Source: an archaeon
Lineage (GTDB): Archaea > Asgardarchaeota > Thorarchaeia > Thorarchaeales > Thorarchaeaceae
Assembly: GCA_024275415.1 (NCBI GenBank)
Contig: JAJRZD010000050.1
Location: 1 to 32,000, forward strand
DNA: 32,000 bases
Reading direction: 5' to 3'
Shown here one piece after another: positions 18,435 to 30,700 of this stretch; the stretch's first letter is position 1; each line of letters begins with the position of its first letter. The notes under the pieces were generated by a model that saw only the letters and a program-made list of their open reading frames with translations, was not told where the DNA came from and did no database searches. The position numbers were made by a program, and so were the translations under genes.

Positions 18435-19595
18435 ATGAAACACACTCAGAAGTCACGCCGCAACCTTAAGAAAGGAGTTGTCGTAGTCACACTCTCAGCA
18501 CTCGTCATGGCAGGGATTGTGTTGCCAGTCGTGATGATTTACTCAGCAGAGATGGAAGAAACTGTAAGAGGATTCGCAGAGTTCCAGCTCACGTACAGGT
18601 ACTATTTGAAGAACGAGGGGCCTTTGAATCTTACCTCAGTTTCAATTCGGTTGGCACTACTGAAGGACTGGGCTCCTATACAAACAGTGTCCAACTTGAC
18701 CATCATGACGCCCCCGAACCAGACAATCACAGACGAGTATGAGAACCAGTTTGCATGGTACGAGTATCAGGACTTCAACGTGAACCAGACCATAGACCTA
18801 GTGTTCAAGGCGAACCTTACCCTCAACTTCATAGACTACACCTCCGCAACACTGGACATAGCCGACTATAACGAGTCGTCCGACCTCTACAAGCTCTACA
18901 TGGCATTCAATCCGCTGGAAGACAGCACGGATCCGAACATAAGGAACGTCGCTCAATCACTTGAGGTTCCTGATGATCTGCTGGGAACTGCATTCAATAT
19001 CTACAATTTCACATCGCATTATTTGAAGTACAAGCTGTATAGCACCGTGCGAGGGGCATCATACGCTATCAGGAACGCGAATGGCGACTGTGACGAGTAC
19101 ACGACACTCTTCATCGCATTGTCAAGGGCTGTAGGTATCCCTGCTATTGGACATACTGCATGGCTTGCAGACTTTGCACCAGGCTTTGTGACCTCTGACG
19201 ATGGAGCTGTCGCACATGCTTATCCGATGTTCTATGTTGCAGGGGTTGGGATGTTACCAGCAGACCCGACTCGTGGGGCGACAAGCACTTTCGACAATTG
19301 GTTGAAGACTGACGCAAAGCGAATAACATTGACACGAGGTCCTGACAAGCCGTACAGGCTCCTTAGATACAGGTGGATACCTGTGGAGGGCATCGAAGGC
19401 CCCACCATTTTCAGCAATTACACGGTTTCTGTCCAAGACATGAGGATTGAGTACACCTCGAACCTCAGACAGGTCGTCATACTATCGCTTGCTGGGATCC
19501 CGAGCCTATTCATGGTCTATAGTGGGGTCAAGGGCTATCAGGCAAGAAAACAACGCAAACGCAAGCTGGAGTCGTTGCTCGACCCAGAGAGGTAG
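18435..19595 (+). CDS. Membrane-anchored transglutaminase-like protein with intact Cys-His-Asp triad
   Basis: GDCDEYTTLF, HAYP and ADPT motifs; TM helices at both termini. Start ATG 18435 is 1 nt after the upstream stop, with GGAGG upstream. Confidence 0.9.
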   Translation: MKHTQKSRRNLKKGVVVVTLSALVMAGIVLPVVMIYSAEMEETVRGFAEFQLTYRYYLKNEGPLNLTSVSIRLALLKDWAPIQTVSNLTIMTPPNQTITDEYENQFAWYEYQDFNVNQTIDLVFKANLTLNFIDYTSATLDIADYNESSDLYKLYMAFNPLEDSTDPNIRNVAQSLEVPDDLLGTAFNIYNFTSHYLKYKLYSTVRGASYAIRNANGDCDEYTTLFIALSRAVGIPAIGHTAWLADFAPGFVTSDDGAVAHAYPMFYVAGVGMLPADPTRGATSTFDNWLKTDAKRITLTRGPDKPYRLLRYRWIPVEGIEGPTIFSNYTVSVQDMRIEYTSNLRQVVILSLAGIPSLFMVYSGVKGYQARKQRKRKLESLLDPER

Positions 19596-19654
19596 ATATT
19601 GTCCGGATACGAAATGATTAATGTGACCCCCGTCTTTGCGTTCGGTGATGTAAG

Positions 19655-20035
19655 ATGACTCGCGAAGTGATAGCAACTGACAATGCACCAAAGGCAATCG
19701 GTCCGTACTCGCAGGGAATCAAGGCAAATGGGTTCGTGTTCTGCTCCGGTCAGATTCCCATCAATTCGGAAACCGGAGAGATGGTGACAGGTTCCATCGC
19801 AGAACAGACAAGACAATCCCTTTCTAATGTGAAAGGCGTTATCGAAGCGGCAGGATCCTCAATGGACAAGGTCGTGAAGGTCACGGTGTTCCTCAAGGAT
19901 ATGAACGACTTTGCAGAGATGAACGCTGAATATGCAAAATGGTTCACAGAGAACCCCCCCGCACGGGCTGCAGTTGAGGTCGCAAGGCTTCCCAAGGACG
20001 TTGGAGTAGAGATTGAAGCGATTGCAGTGCTTTGA
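19655..20035 (+). CDS. ridA: RidA/YjgF/UK114 family enamine/imine deaminase
   Basis: [45 protein letters not shown] and VEIEAIA. Confidence 0.96.
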   Translation: MTREVIATDNAPKAIGPYSQGIKANGFVFCSGQIPINSETGEMVTGSIAEQTRQSLSNVKGVIEAAGSSMDKVVKVTVFLKDMNDFAEMNAEYAKWFTENPPARAAVEVARLPKDVGVEIEAIAVL

Positions 20036-20079
20036 CACCATTGGGAACATGTAGATTCATTTCGCACTGTTTGTATGAA

Positions 20080-20108
20080 AGAGAGGGAATCGATGTCATT
20101 CCCTCTCT
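20080..20108. terminator. Perfect 11-bp hairpin between convergent genes
   Basis: AGAGAGGGAAT-cgatgtc-ATTCCCTCTCT, 6 nt past the stop of the minus-strand operon. Confidence 0.55.
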
Positions 20109-20114
20109 AAACGC

Positions 20115-21941
20115 CTATTCTCTCCGTTTCCTGCACACGAGTATTACCAGCAACATGATTGCAAACCCTCCAACACCTGCCGCGACATACAACCAGAATG
20201 TGTAGTCTTCCGGCAGTGACGCACCCACCATGTTGGAGTCGTAGATGGTATCCCCGCTTGTTGTGACACGCACCTTGAAGAAGTAGGTCTTGCCACCTTG
20301 CAGTCCTGAAATCACAGTGGAGGTCGTTGACATGTCCGTGATGGTTTGATAGAGTGTCCCCAGCTCATTAGGCTGTTCTGACACATAGACCTCATAAGAC
20401 GCGAAATCGCCTTTTTCGTTATTGAACCGCGTCCACTCGATTTCTACGGACGAACCTGAGAGGATTGCCGGAGCGTTTAGGTACACGCCTATCTCGGCAA
20501 CTGTGATTCCCGACGAGTCTAATGTGACAGTGAAGATATCGTCTTGGCCTGGCTCGGTTTCGCCAATCACCTCTTCAGTAATCAATTGGCCATCAACAAC
20601 TCTATTTGCCTCCATCTTGTACTCCCCTGTTCCCGTCCCAGTCAGGTTAATTGTGTATGGCAAACCTGGCGCGAACGGAAACAGCATATGCTTTTCACCA
20701 TCGTCTTCAACTGCAATGGCTGGAAATTCGAGGCTTGGAACTCCGTCATCACCGATGGCGATAGTACGACCCAGTGGGTCTGTCACTTGGATATCTACCG
20801 GGCTGAATATCCCGAGACCCAGAAGCTTGGGAAGAAGATCCATCAATGCAGTGATGATGCTGTTGTACTCGCCTGTAGAAGGGTAGTACGACAATCTTGT
20901 GAACTGCGATTGATCATAACCAGGCCCATACGGGAATCGGTGTGTCCCTTTAAAGTTTCCATCGGCATCAATGAGAATCCAGTCATCGTATTTGGTCCAA
21001 GACTCGTTGTAAAGGACATTGTTGTCGTAGATATACAGGGTAATCGAGCCATTCGAGTTTACATCGTAATCATACACATCGACAAAATGGCTCTCGGTTG
21101 GTTCAGATACTTCCCAAACTGGAGCCATTAGCAAAATGACCTGTGGCGAGTAGAATGGTGTCCCAACCATCATTGCATCCATCAACTTCTGGACTTCTTG
21201 CGCGTTGGATATTCCGCCTTGAGGCGTAGGGATACCCAGATATATCTTGACCCAGTTTAGGAGATGGTTCGGGTTAAAGAATGCTCCGGATCCTTTCCAT
21301 AAGACGTACTCCTTGATTGCAGCTTCAGTGACATCACCGCCAGTTTGCTCGGCTATCGTCGTGTTTGGATTTGGTCGAGGGAGTGCAAATGCATAGTCTC
21401 GACCTAGGGGAACCTTGTTCGGGTCAAGGAAATAATCTCTTGATGCCTGTGCGAATCCGTTGCAGAAGCCTGCGAATTCCATATCCATCCAGTCAACAAT
21501 AAGCGAGTCGAACACACGGAATAACATGATGTCCAAGATGCTTACTTCGCAAGCGGCTTCGATGTCCGAATAGAGGAGCTGGAATATGTAGTTGCGGAGA
21601 TTTGCATTGACCTCTTCAGGCTCCATCACGAAATCGCCGAAAAACGAGCCACTATTCGTGAAGTTGAAGGTATGTCGCCAATCGAATGGCACTACCATAT
21701 CAGCAGGAAGGAACTTCTGCTTGATGTGTCCTTTCTCCCATGCTTCAGCCATTCCAACGCTCATATCACGTTTGGTAGTCAGTTGCCATGCGTCTATGAA
21801 CTCAAGCAATCGTGCTCTGATCTCCTCGGAGTCCAATGATGAGGGATGACTTACAGGCAAGGGTGCCATGAATGCCATCCACGTAATTCCAAACACGATT
21901 GCCAAACAAACAATGTACTTCGTATTCTTTTTCATGATCAT
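20115..21941 (-). CDS. Membrane-anchored surface protein: putative papain-fold (Cys-His-Asp) domain, SPVD-type beta-domain, fibronectin type III domain and C-terminal TM
   Basis: N-terminal signal/TM; GFCNGFA, SHFV and YIYDNN; FSPVDIQVTDPLGR. FN3 pattern IEWT..FASYEVY..ISGLQGGKTYFFKVRV; TM followed by RKRRE. Confidence 0.7.
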   Translation of the reverse strand: MIMKKNTKYIVCLAIVFGITWMAFMAPLPVSHPSSLDSEEIRARLLEFIDAWQLTTKRDMSVGMAEAWEKGHIKQKFLPADMVVPFDWRHTFNFTNSGSFFGDFVMEPEEVNANLRNYIFQLLYSDIEAACEVSILDIMLFRVFDSLIVDWMDMEFAGFCNGFAQASRDYFLDPNKVPLGRDYAFALPRPNPNTTIAEQTGGDVTEAAIKEYVLWKGSGAFFNPNHLLNWVKIYLGIPTPQGGISNAQEVQKLMDAMMVGTPFYSPQVILLMAPVWEVSEPTESHFVDVYDYDVNSNGSITLYIYDNNVLYNESWTKYDDWILIDADGNFKGTHRFPYGPGYDQSQFTRLSYYPSTGEYNSIITALMDLLPKLLGLGIFSPVDIQVTDPLGRTIAIGDDGVPSLEFPAIAVEDDGEKHMLFPFAPGLPYTINLTGTGTGEYKMEANRVVDGQLITEEVIGETEPGQDDIFTVTLDSSGITVAEIGVYLNAPAILSGSSVEIEWTRFNNEKGDFASYEVYVSEQPNELGTLYQTITDMSTTSTVISGLQGGKTYFFKVRVTTSGDTIYDSNMVGASLPEDYTFWLYVAAGVGGFAIMLLVILVCRKRRE

Positions 21942-21948
21942 TTCCCTC

Positions 21949-24900
21949 CTAAAATATACTTACCCTCCTTAATGTGCGCAACTCGTTTTCTTTCATTGAG
22001 AACTGTGCCATCACAGGACACAGGATGTCCGGATGTTCCGGATTCACGATAGCCCCGGTGCCACTTGCCATGCTGAAAGCAGGACTTGTGGCAATAGCCG
22101 AAGAGTTCACTATCCATTCAAAGGCATAGAGATATCCTTTGAGGGCAGTCGCTAGGATCTCTTTCCGGTCGTTCAAGTTAGAATCGCCGATGCGGATGTC
22201 TGTGATGTTCTCATGCATCTCGCCGCTGGTCCACACCACATCATAGATATGATATGCCCTGTCTTTTGTCTGGTTCTGTTCGAACACCATCAAGTTCTTT
22301 CCAGTGCCTACGATGATATCAAACCAACTGTCACCGTCTGTATTCTCGACCTGTATCGCATTGACCTTCTCTGCGGTCGTCAAGAAATTCATCTCATTGA
22401 GGGTGCTGGAAGCGTCCATCTCATAGATCACAACTCCTCCGCCAGTGCCCACAAAAATCTCGGGATACTGGTTGCCGTCATTGTCGGCCAGTGCGACACG
22501 ATATGCCGCGAACTGCGGTTTCACCGTGTCAAATGTGATGTATGTGTTGTCATGGACAGTGCCATTCGAGAACACTTCGACTGTGACCAGTCGCACCCAT
22601 CCCGTCTGTTGTGTGAGGAACCCTCCATCATAGATGTCTTCAGTTCCGACAATTACGATGTCTTGGAAGCCATCATTGTCCACATCACCTGTCTTGATGT
22701 CGTGGATGCGCGGATATCCATCTTCGAGTGTAGTATATTTGATTGTCGTTACCAGTTCATAGCTGTCATCGCCGGTGTTCTCGAAGATGTACAGATATTC
22801 ATTGACGCCAACCACTATCTCAGAGAACCCGTCCCTATCGAGATCCTTGTCCACTGTGACAATGCTCGGTTCCATGTAGACCCAATAACCGCCACCTAGA
22901 TGTGTAATGTCGAACTTCCAATACTTGAACTCTGTACTCCAGACAGGTTCGTACTGATCATTACCGACCATTTCGAAGACATAGATATTGTACCCGGCAC
23001 AAACAATGATCTCCTGCTTACCGTCTTGATCCTGGTCTCCTATGACCATGTCCTTCACATCCAGCCTGAACGGGTATACACCGCTTGAGAAATAGTTGTA
23101 GAGGAGGAAATCTGGTGAGCGCCAAGATCTCCGATAGGTGTCATTGGCGACCTGCTCGAAGGCGATGATGTTGTTGTCAAAAGAGCCAACAAACACCTCG
23201 GGCTTGCCGTCTTGGTCAACGTCACCATATTCAATCGATTGTGACCAACGTTCGAAACTCCGCCAATTTGTCCAAGAGTCAAATGCTTCGTAACCCCAGT
23301 ATCCATACGTTTGACTACGCTTGTCGACCTCTACCATGTGAATGTAGGGGTATGTAGCGACAAGGAATGTGTCATGTTGTATCGTTCCGTTGAACATATC
23401 GATCGAGTCCTCTTTTAGTGCCACAAGATCAACTACACCATCTCCCGTTAGGTCGATGAACTGTGGATAATCATATCCATGGTCAGGGTCAGTCAATGTG
23501 CCAGTGAAATCAGGCTCGAACATTGCTCTTGTTTTTGTCCATTCGGGAGCCTGCCTACTTCCGGTGTTCTTCCAGTAGGTAAACCTCCCAGTGGAACATT
23601 TGTAACCTCTGGCAGTGTAGTTCTCGCTTGCATTTGGGACTACGATGTCAAGGTCATTGTCAAGATCAAAATCCCAGAATGTCACCTTGCCGAATACGGT
23701 TTCATTCTTCTTATCTGCATTGATGGTTTCGAAGAATGATGCGTCTAAGGTGTAGTGGAATTGGATGCCATAGCTGTATCCTGTTCGTTCGAAGTAATAC
23801 AGCTGGTCAGTCGCTACTACAAGGTCCGTATCGCCGTCATTGTCATAGTCCACCATGGTGACACGCGGGACGAAGTTTCCTGTCGTAACAACAGTGGATA
23901 GGTCTGTCAAGTAGCCAACCTGCTCAGTCCAGTAGTCAACAGATGTCTGTTCGAAATACCGTACTGTGTATATATAGCCGGTATCAACGTCAATCCCCGC
24001 AGTGGTGATGATCATGTCGTCATCAGCATCGCCGTCCATATCACCAAAAGTTACTGTTGCGTAATTGTAGAGAGTACCGTTGGCAAGATCACTATGTGTT
24101 ACAAAATAGTTTGCCACATATGAAAAGACTGGGTTCTCATCGGTTCCAGTATTCCTGTAGTACAACAACTTTGCCTGTGCGCCATCGAGAATTATCGCAA
24201 CAAGGTCGTAGGCGCTGGTGCCATCAATATCAACAAGAGCATACGAAAGGAATGACGAGAATGATGGGAATTCGGTCTGGACATCAGTGTTGGTGAGAAG
24301 CGAGCCACTTTCGACCCAAGTGGGTATCATGCCCTTGCCCCACACCTGCACTATGTCCCAAATCGATGCTCCAAGAGAGAATCGCGGTTGGTCTGATTGG
24401 CTCTCCCAGTATCGGACACCATTAGCACCATATGCCATGATCTCGCCGTCGACAGTTCCGATTATGATCTTCAGGATGCCGTCCTGAGTACTAGAAGTTC
24501 TTACGTAGCCCGTGGACACTGTCAGGGCGGTATCAATTGGCCGGGCGACTGTCCCATACGCAGCATCGATATTATAGATGGCTCCTCCTTTAACTCCAAT
24601 CCTCAAGTACCTGAATTCGTCCCAACGGGCAGCTCGTAAAGCATGATCCACATCTACGGACAAGAACCCAGTCCAGCCCAAGAAAAAGTTGATGTATATA
24701 TAATTCGTGTACTGTTCAGTCAGTTGTAGAGGCTCCCATGTTTTCATGTCTCTAGAGATTGCAAGCTCCATATTCTCGATGCTAATATCATCTTCTATTA
24801 TGATAAGCAAGTCTGTTTTATCAGTTGCGTCCCCGCCGAGTTCTTCCCATTGTCCGAAGTCCACAACAGCAGTAGACACATTGTTTAGGGTTGTATATGG

Positions 24901-27798
24901 ATGGAGCATAAGCAGCTTCTTGCTCGTTTGATCGGCTATCACGAAACTATCATTTGCAGCCAGATACTCGATACCCCATGATGATGCCACTCCCACTCTT
25001 TCAAAGTAGTTGGCAACCTCGTCGTCAAATGTATCGACAAGGATTCCCTCTGGTGAGATTTTCTTGATTGTGTGTGCCGGGCCTCCTGTACCGTACAAGT
25101 ATCCTTGTGCATCGAATGCGATGAATGGCGTATCATCTGGCACAGACCATGCGTCTATGACAGTCCCGTTCTGATAGAACCTTTGAATCCTGAAGTTGTA
25201 TCTATCAGAAACATAGAGCAACCCATCAGGTCCGATCTCCAAGCCGTAAGGAGTGTTGAACTGCCCCAAGGACGAGCCGGCGCTTCCGATGTGTCGGACA
25301 AACCCTGCACTCTTGTTGAAGACAGATATACGATGGTTATAGAATTCACTAACAAAGTATAGATCACCCTGAACGACCACATCGATTGGTCCATTGAGTT
25401 CTCCGTTGCCAGTGCCTGTTCCTCCGAGAGTGGCTTGCAAATTGCCTGCGACATCAAAGAGATACAATTTATCGTTAGTTGCATCAGTCACATAGACGAT
25501 ATCATCATCTACTGCAATCCCAAACAGCCATGAGGAAGGAACGCTCCAGTTCAGGAGAAGCGTGCCGTCTGGGGAGTATTTGAGAACATATGCAGACACT
25601 CCAGTCACGTAGTAATTGCCTTCTGAATCGAACGCTATATCTAATGGTGTGCTCAAGACATTCGTATCGATAGCATGTGTGTCGACCAGTTCATATTCCT
25701 GAATAGCAAATTTCTGAACTCGATTAGTTGAGGAATCAGTAACGAGAATGCCGTCATTGGTTACACAGATGCCTATGGGGTCAACGAACTGCCCAGGGCC
25801 TGAGCCAGAACTGCCCCATTCGGATTCGAAGTTGCCACTGGGGCTGAACTTCTGCACACGATGATTGTATATGTCTGTGACGTAGATACGCCCGTCTCCA
25901 TCTACTGCAATATCGACAGGCCCGTTCATATCTCCGGGCGCGCTCCCAGTTGTCCCCCATGTCCTTATGAATGTCCCATTAGGATAGAACTGTTGAACAC
26001 GGTCATTCGTATAGTCCGCGACCAACAGGTTACCATAGGCGTCCACTGCAAGACCCGCAGGTAGGTTGAACTCGCCGGACGCAGATCCAGAGGCACCCCA
26101 TTTGTTGATGAAAGCGCCGGTGCTCTTGTTCAGAACCTGAATCCTGTTGTTGAAGTAGTCCGAAACAAATAGCAACCCATCTGGGGACACTGCCACACCA
26201 AAGGGATGATAGAATTCACCATCACCTGTCCCACTAGTACCAAAACTAGCCACAAAGATGCCTTCCGCAGTGAATTTCTGGACTCGGTCGTTCTCGTAGT
26301 CTGTGACATAGACAAATCCGTCCGTGTCTATAGCAATACCCGTGGGCATCGAGAAATTACCTGTTTCGTTCCCGGTCATTCCCCATGATTGTATCGGTTC
26401 GAAATCATCATCGTACCGCACAACTCGATTATTGAGGATATCAGTCATATAGATTGAGCCATCAAGTCCCATTGCTATGTCATACAGCATCTTTGCTTGG
26501 TCAAGCCCTGTTCCTGTGGTGAACTCCCATTCTCTCATGAATTGGAACTGTTCTGTACTATCAAAGGTCGTTTCTTGGTCGTCCCACGGACCACCCAGTG
26601 CAGATGCGCCCCCGAGATATTCGGTGTCCCATGGGGCAGGAATCGGGTCGTTCTCGTAGATCCCTTGTGCTTCCCAACCGAACACCTTTTTGTCAATCCA
26701 CTCGTCGGCTTCATAACCCGTATAGACCCCAGTAGTTTCTGAAAGTCCTCTCTCCCAGCTCTTGATGCCTTGATTGAGCTTGCGCACATCGAAGTCCTCG
26801 GTTTCACTATTGTAATCGAAGACAAATACACCTTGACCGTATGCAGAGGCGACGATTTCTCCATAGCCATCCTCATCAAGGTTCTGACTGGCAGTCACTG
26901 AGGTCACAGGTGCCCATATTGTATCACCACTGTTCCACCGTGGAACATAGAAGTTCTTCCTGCACGGGCATTCCTCGAAAAGATACACCTTGGAATCATA
27001 GCTCCCTGCGACAATCTCGACCAACGAGTCATTGTCACTGTCAACGATTGCAATAGAAGATACCCTGTCCGTGATAGTATCGCCAGAGTCCCAGACAGGC
27101 TCGAACTCTAGCCAGTGTTCATCCAGACAGTAGGGATAGGCTGAACTGTCGATGTAGTCAAACACGTATATTTTCCCATCCCAAGCGCCAGCTATTATCT
27201 CGTCATGGCTGTCATGGTCAATGTCATATGCTAAGACAGACCACACTTGTCTGTCTATATACATTCCACTATCCCAGACAAGCTCCCATGGAGATGGAGT
27301 TGAAGATGGTGTGAATGGGTCATCGGCATTTCCAATCTGTTCGAACACGTAGATACGACCATCTGCGCTTCCAGCCACGACTTCGAGCTTGCCATTATTA
27401 TTGGCGTCCATGAAATCAACATCCATGACATCACCTTGGATTACGCCGTCCCCGGCATCCCATACCGGATAATACTGACGCATCTCGTCATACCATCGGA
27501 AGATGTGAACCTCTCTGTCGTTGAGGTATCCACCAGCTGATGCCATCCATTCCTGGTCCTCAGTGACCGCAATGGCATGAGTGGAGCCTCTAACATTGTT
27601 AGGCTCCCATATCTTCTGGTACTCGTTCGTGAGGTTGAAATCGGTGTTCATCTGGTTCGTAATCGAGTCCACAAGGCCGTCGGAATGGTTTGGCGATTCT
27701 AGTGCCAGACCCTGTTCATTGAGCATGGCTGGCATAAGTGATACCAGCATCAGGGCAATGAAGCCCAATGATATCAGTTTGAGTGTCGCATGTTTCAT
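21949..27798 (-). CDS. 1949-aa secreted protein with FG-GAP/VCBS repeats and NHL-repeat propellers
   Basis: Signal peptide [21 protein letters not shown]. Many DxDxDxxxEIxxG blades; NHL units such as [25 protein letters not shown]. No C-terminal TM. Confidence 0.9.
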   Translation of the reverse strand: MKHATLKLISLGFIALMLVSLMPAMLNEQGLALESPNHSDGLVDSITNQMNTDFNLTNEYQKIWEPNNVRGSTHAIAVTEDQEWMASAGGYLNDREVHIFRWYDEMRQYYPVWDAGDGVIQGDVMDVDFMDANNNGKLEVVAGSADGRIYVFEQIGNADDPFTPSSTPSPWELVWDSGMYIDRQVWSVLAYDIDHDSHDEIIAGAWDGKIYVFDYIDSSAYPYCLDEHWLEFEPVWDSGDTITDRVSSIAIVDSDNDSLVEIVAGSYDSKVYLFEECPCRKNFYVPRWNSGDTIWAPVTSVTASQNLDEDGYGEIVASAYGQGVFVFDYNSETEDFDVRKLNQGIKSWERGLSETTGVYTGYEADEWIDKKVFGWEAQGIYENDPIPAPWDTEYLGGASALGGPWDDQETTFDSTEQFQFMREWEFTTGTGLDQAKMLYDIAMGLDGSIYMTDILNNRVVRYDDDFEPIQSWGMTGNETGNFSMPTGIAIDTDGFVYVTDYENDRVQKFTAEGIFVASFGTSGTGDGEFYHPFGVAVSPDGLLFVSDYFNNRIQVLNKSTGAFINKWGASGSASGEFNLPAGLAVDAYGNLLVADYTNDRVQQFYPNGTFIRTWGTTGSAPGDMNGPVDIAVDGDGRIYVTDIYNHRVQKFSPSGNFESEWGSSGSGPGQFVDPIGICVTNDGILVTDSSTNRVQKFAIQEYELVDTHAIDTNVLSTPLDIAFDSEGNYYVTGVSAYVLKYSPDGTLLLNWSVPSSWLFGIAVDDDIVYVTDATNDKLYLFDVAGNLQATLGGTGTGNGELNGPIDVVVQGDLYFVSEFYNHRISVFNKSAGFVRHIGSAGSSLGQFNTPYGLEIGPDGLLYVSDRYNFRIQRFYQNGTVIDAWSVPDDTPFIAFDAQGYLYGTGGPAHTIKKISPEGILVDTFDDEVANYFERVGVASSWGIEYLAANDSFVIADQTSKKLLMLHPYTTLNNVSTAVVDFGQWEELGGDATDKTDLLIIIEDDISIENMELAISRDMKTWEPLQLTEQYTNYIYINFFLGWTGFLSVDVDHALRAARWDEFRYLRIGVKGGAIYNIDAAYGTVARPIDTALTVSTGYVRTSSTQDGILKIIIGTVDGEIMAYGANGVRYWESQSDQPRFSLGASIWDIVQVWGKGMIPTWVESGSLLTNTDVQTEFPSFSSFLSYALVDIDGTSAYDLVAIILDGAQAKLLYYRNTGTDENPVFSYVANYFVTHSDLANGTLYNYATVTFGDMDGDADDDMIITTAGIDVDTGYIYTVRYFEQTSVDYWTEQVGYLTDLSTVVTTGNFVPRVTMVDYDNDGDTDLVVATDQLYYFERTGYSYGIQFHYTLDASFFETINADKKNETVFGKVTFWDFDLDNDLDIVVPNASENYTARGYKCSTGRFTYWKNTGSRQAPEWTKTRAMFEPDFTGTLTDPDHGYDYPQFIDLTGDGVVDLVALKEDSIDMFNGTIQHDTFLVATYPYIHMVEVDKRSQTYGYWGYEAFDSWTNWRSFERWSQSIEYGDVDQDGKPEVFVGSFDNNIIAFEQVANDTYRRSWRSPDFLLYNYFSSGVYPFRLDVKDMVIGDQDQDGKQEIIVCAGYNIYVFEMVGNDQYEPVWSTEFKYWKFDITHLGGGYWVYMEPSIVTVDKDLDRDGFSEIVVGVNEYLYIFENTGDDSYELVTTIKYTTLEDGYPRIHDIKTGDVDNDGFQDIVIVGTEDIYDGGFLTQQTGWVRLVTVEVFSNGTVHDNTYITFDTVKPQFAAYRVALADNDGNQYPEIFVGTGGGVVIYEMDASSTLNEMNFLTTAEKVNAIQVENTDGDSWFDIIVGTGKNLMVFEQNQTKDRAYHIYDVVWTSGEMHENITDIRIGDSNLNDRKEILATALKGYLYAFEWIVNSSAIATSPAFSMASGTGAIVNPEHPDILCPVMAQFSMKENELRTLRRVSIF

Positions 27799-30700
27799 TT
27801 GGTATCACCCTCCTTCTTGGACGACTTGGTCTTCTTTCTGGATGAGGTTTCTTTCTTAGCAGTCGTCCTCTTCGAAGTAGTCTTCTTAGAGGTGGTTTTC
27901 TTAGAGGCAACTTTTTTCTTTTTCACGCCTGCATCGCCGCCACGTACGATGCCCACTACGGTTCGTAGCACCGGTGGCACAATAATACCTGCGATGAATC
28001 CGACACCACCAATGATAGCAGCAACAATCCAGAATGGATACCCCTCGGTGATTGGGACTATCGGATTCTGCCCCAGCTGCACCTCCTCAAAGTCTGAGAT
28101 GCCATCATTATCTGTGTCCGCATCTGTTGGATCAGTCCCGTAGACATTTACTTCTTCACCATCAGATAGGCCATCTCCGTCGCTGTCAGGGTTATCAAAC
28201 CCTCCGGGAGCTCCTGTCCAGTGCCATATGCCCCGTGAGTCATTTCCGATGGGCAATGGGGCCATCCATGTCTTCTCGAAGTAGAATTCCTCGCCATCTG
28301 AGAGACCATCGCCATCGAAGTCGTACTCGAATCCGTCTGCGATACCATTACCGTTCTCGTCCCATTCTAGGGGGTCGGTGCCGTACACTAACTCGAGACC
28401 GTCCGGCAGGTAGTCATTATCTGTATCGCTGTCATTCACATCAGTCGGGTATAATGGCCAGTATGACCCATTGTCCTGAGAAAGTAAATACCCTGGTGGG
28501 GTTGTCGCACTCGGAGGTGTTGTATGCGCAGTCACGCCTTCCCAAGATTCCAAGTTGTCAGGAATCTCATCGCCATCCGTGTCATTTGACATCGGATCCG
28601 TATGCGTGACATAGATTTCATTGTAGTCATTGATGTTATCATCATCGCTGTCCGGATCATTCGGATACGTGCCGTACTGGAGTTCAAGTCCATCGTCAAG
28701 CCCGTCTGAATCTGTATCATTCTTGACAGGACATGAGCCATATCGCAAGACGATAGTAAGCGCCTCATACGGATAAGTGATGATACTGATGTTCTCGAGT
28801 ATCATCTCTTGCCCATCCAACAGCGTGTCACCGTCAGTGTCGTTGTTGAGCGGGTCTAGTGGGATGGGGTCATGACCCGGCCATCCCAGTCCAAGGTATA
28901 TCTCCTGCGAATCGGTAAGGCCATCAGCGTCAGTATCAACTGTGATTGGTGAGGTATTATAGTCAAGAACCTCGTCACCATCTCCAAGAGGCAATGTCAT
29001 GGAACCATTCTCGTTTGGATAGTCTAAAGAGTCATGGTCAGTATCCCAATCCAGAGGATCTGTGTTGTATACGAGGAGTTCCTCACCATCTCCTAAACGG
29101 TCTTCGTCAGTGTCCCACAGACGCGGGTCAGTGTGCGAAGTGAAGACCTCATAACCGTCGATTAACCCGTCACCGTCAGTGTCGGGTAGTAGTGGATCAG
29201 TGAGATAAATGAGTATCTCTTCGCCATCTGTAAGCCCATCCGCATCAGAATCACGTACAAGTGGGTTGCAGTAGAAGAAGAACAGCTCCTCACCATCAGA
29301 GAGACCGTCCATGTCTGTGTCGTTGCTGACCGGATTAGTACCGTAGAGGTAGTATTCATCCCCATCGAGCACCATGTCATTGTCACTGTCAGGATTTCGT
29401 GGATCTGTAGGCAGCATCCAGTCCTCGTAGTCTGGCAGGTGGTCGTTGTCAGTGTCCGGGTTCTGAGCATCAGTCCCTGAACCACCAGGACCTATCTGTT
29501 CATACCCGTCCTTGAGCCCATCTGAGTCTTGGTCTCCATTTGTGGGATCCCATTGTGGATCACGAGCAAGCTCATTCCCATCAGTGAGGTAGAGTGCTAC
29601 AGCACCCCATGCGGTGTCATTGTCGGTGTCGGGGTTGCAGGGATTCGTCTTTACCAGCTTGACCTCTGGATAACCCTCGGCATCAGGAATCTCTGCTATC
29701 TGACCCTTCACCTCAGTGCCATCATGGAGATCCCAGATATAGTCGTCAGTAGGATAGAAGGGATCGTTCCAGTCACCTGAGAAGAGCCATGCTACGCTGT
29801 CATCGTCCGTATCAGCGTCGAGTGGGTGTGTCCATCTGAAATTGACATACTGGTAGAGTTCCACTTCGGTTTCATTCATGTACTCGACGCCATTACTCCA
29901 CTCCTCACCGTCCAATAGACCATCGTTATCGGTATCCGGATTGAGTGGATCAGTATGGTCGTCGTAGGTGACACCCCCAATCTCGACTGATCCCACTGCA
30001 CCGTAGGTTCCCTTAGTTAGTGACACATCATAGGCGGTATTCACCTCGTACCAATCATAGAGCATATCGCCATCAGTATCGATGAGGAAGGGCGAGGTGT
30101 GGTATACCTTGCACTCTTCATAGTCTGTGAGGTTGTCACGATCGGTATCGTTCAAGAGGGGATTTGTCTTAAAAATCTCATATTCTTCTTGATCTGTAAG
30201 AAGGTCACCGTCCGTATCTACTTTCCAAGGAGCTGTGTTGAGTTCCAGTTCCAATTTATCGTTGAGCCCATCACCGTCAGTATCAGCATTGTTTGGGTCA
30301 AGGAATGTGGATGAATCAGCAAGGGCGAACTCTGGAAGCGTGCCATAGAGGAGGGACATCCTGTTCTCGAAGTCGTCAGGCAATCCGTCCGCATCCGAAT
30401 CTGTTAGGTCTGCCGCCTCATCGCCATATGTGTCCGAGCCCCACGATGCGGAGAGATCCATGGTTGTCGTCCATGGACCACCAAAGTGCGTGCCGAACGA
30501 CGTGAAGAAGAGATCCACTCCGAAGTAGAGCGAGCAATAGAGCGTGATATAGATCCCGATAGTCGAAGTAGAGATATCACTCAGGGTACGTATGATTACA
30601 GGGTCGGGGTCATCTGCTAAAGCCATTAGGGCCGACCCTGAGAGGATTCCGGATCGCTGTTCGAACCTGAGTCCCACTTTAAACGTTCCTTGAAACACAC

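Noticed and set aside
3716-21951. Genome-wide reassignment of TAG
   Set aside because: Nine genes in the window end in TAG at their expected family C-termini.
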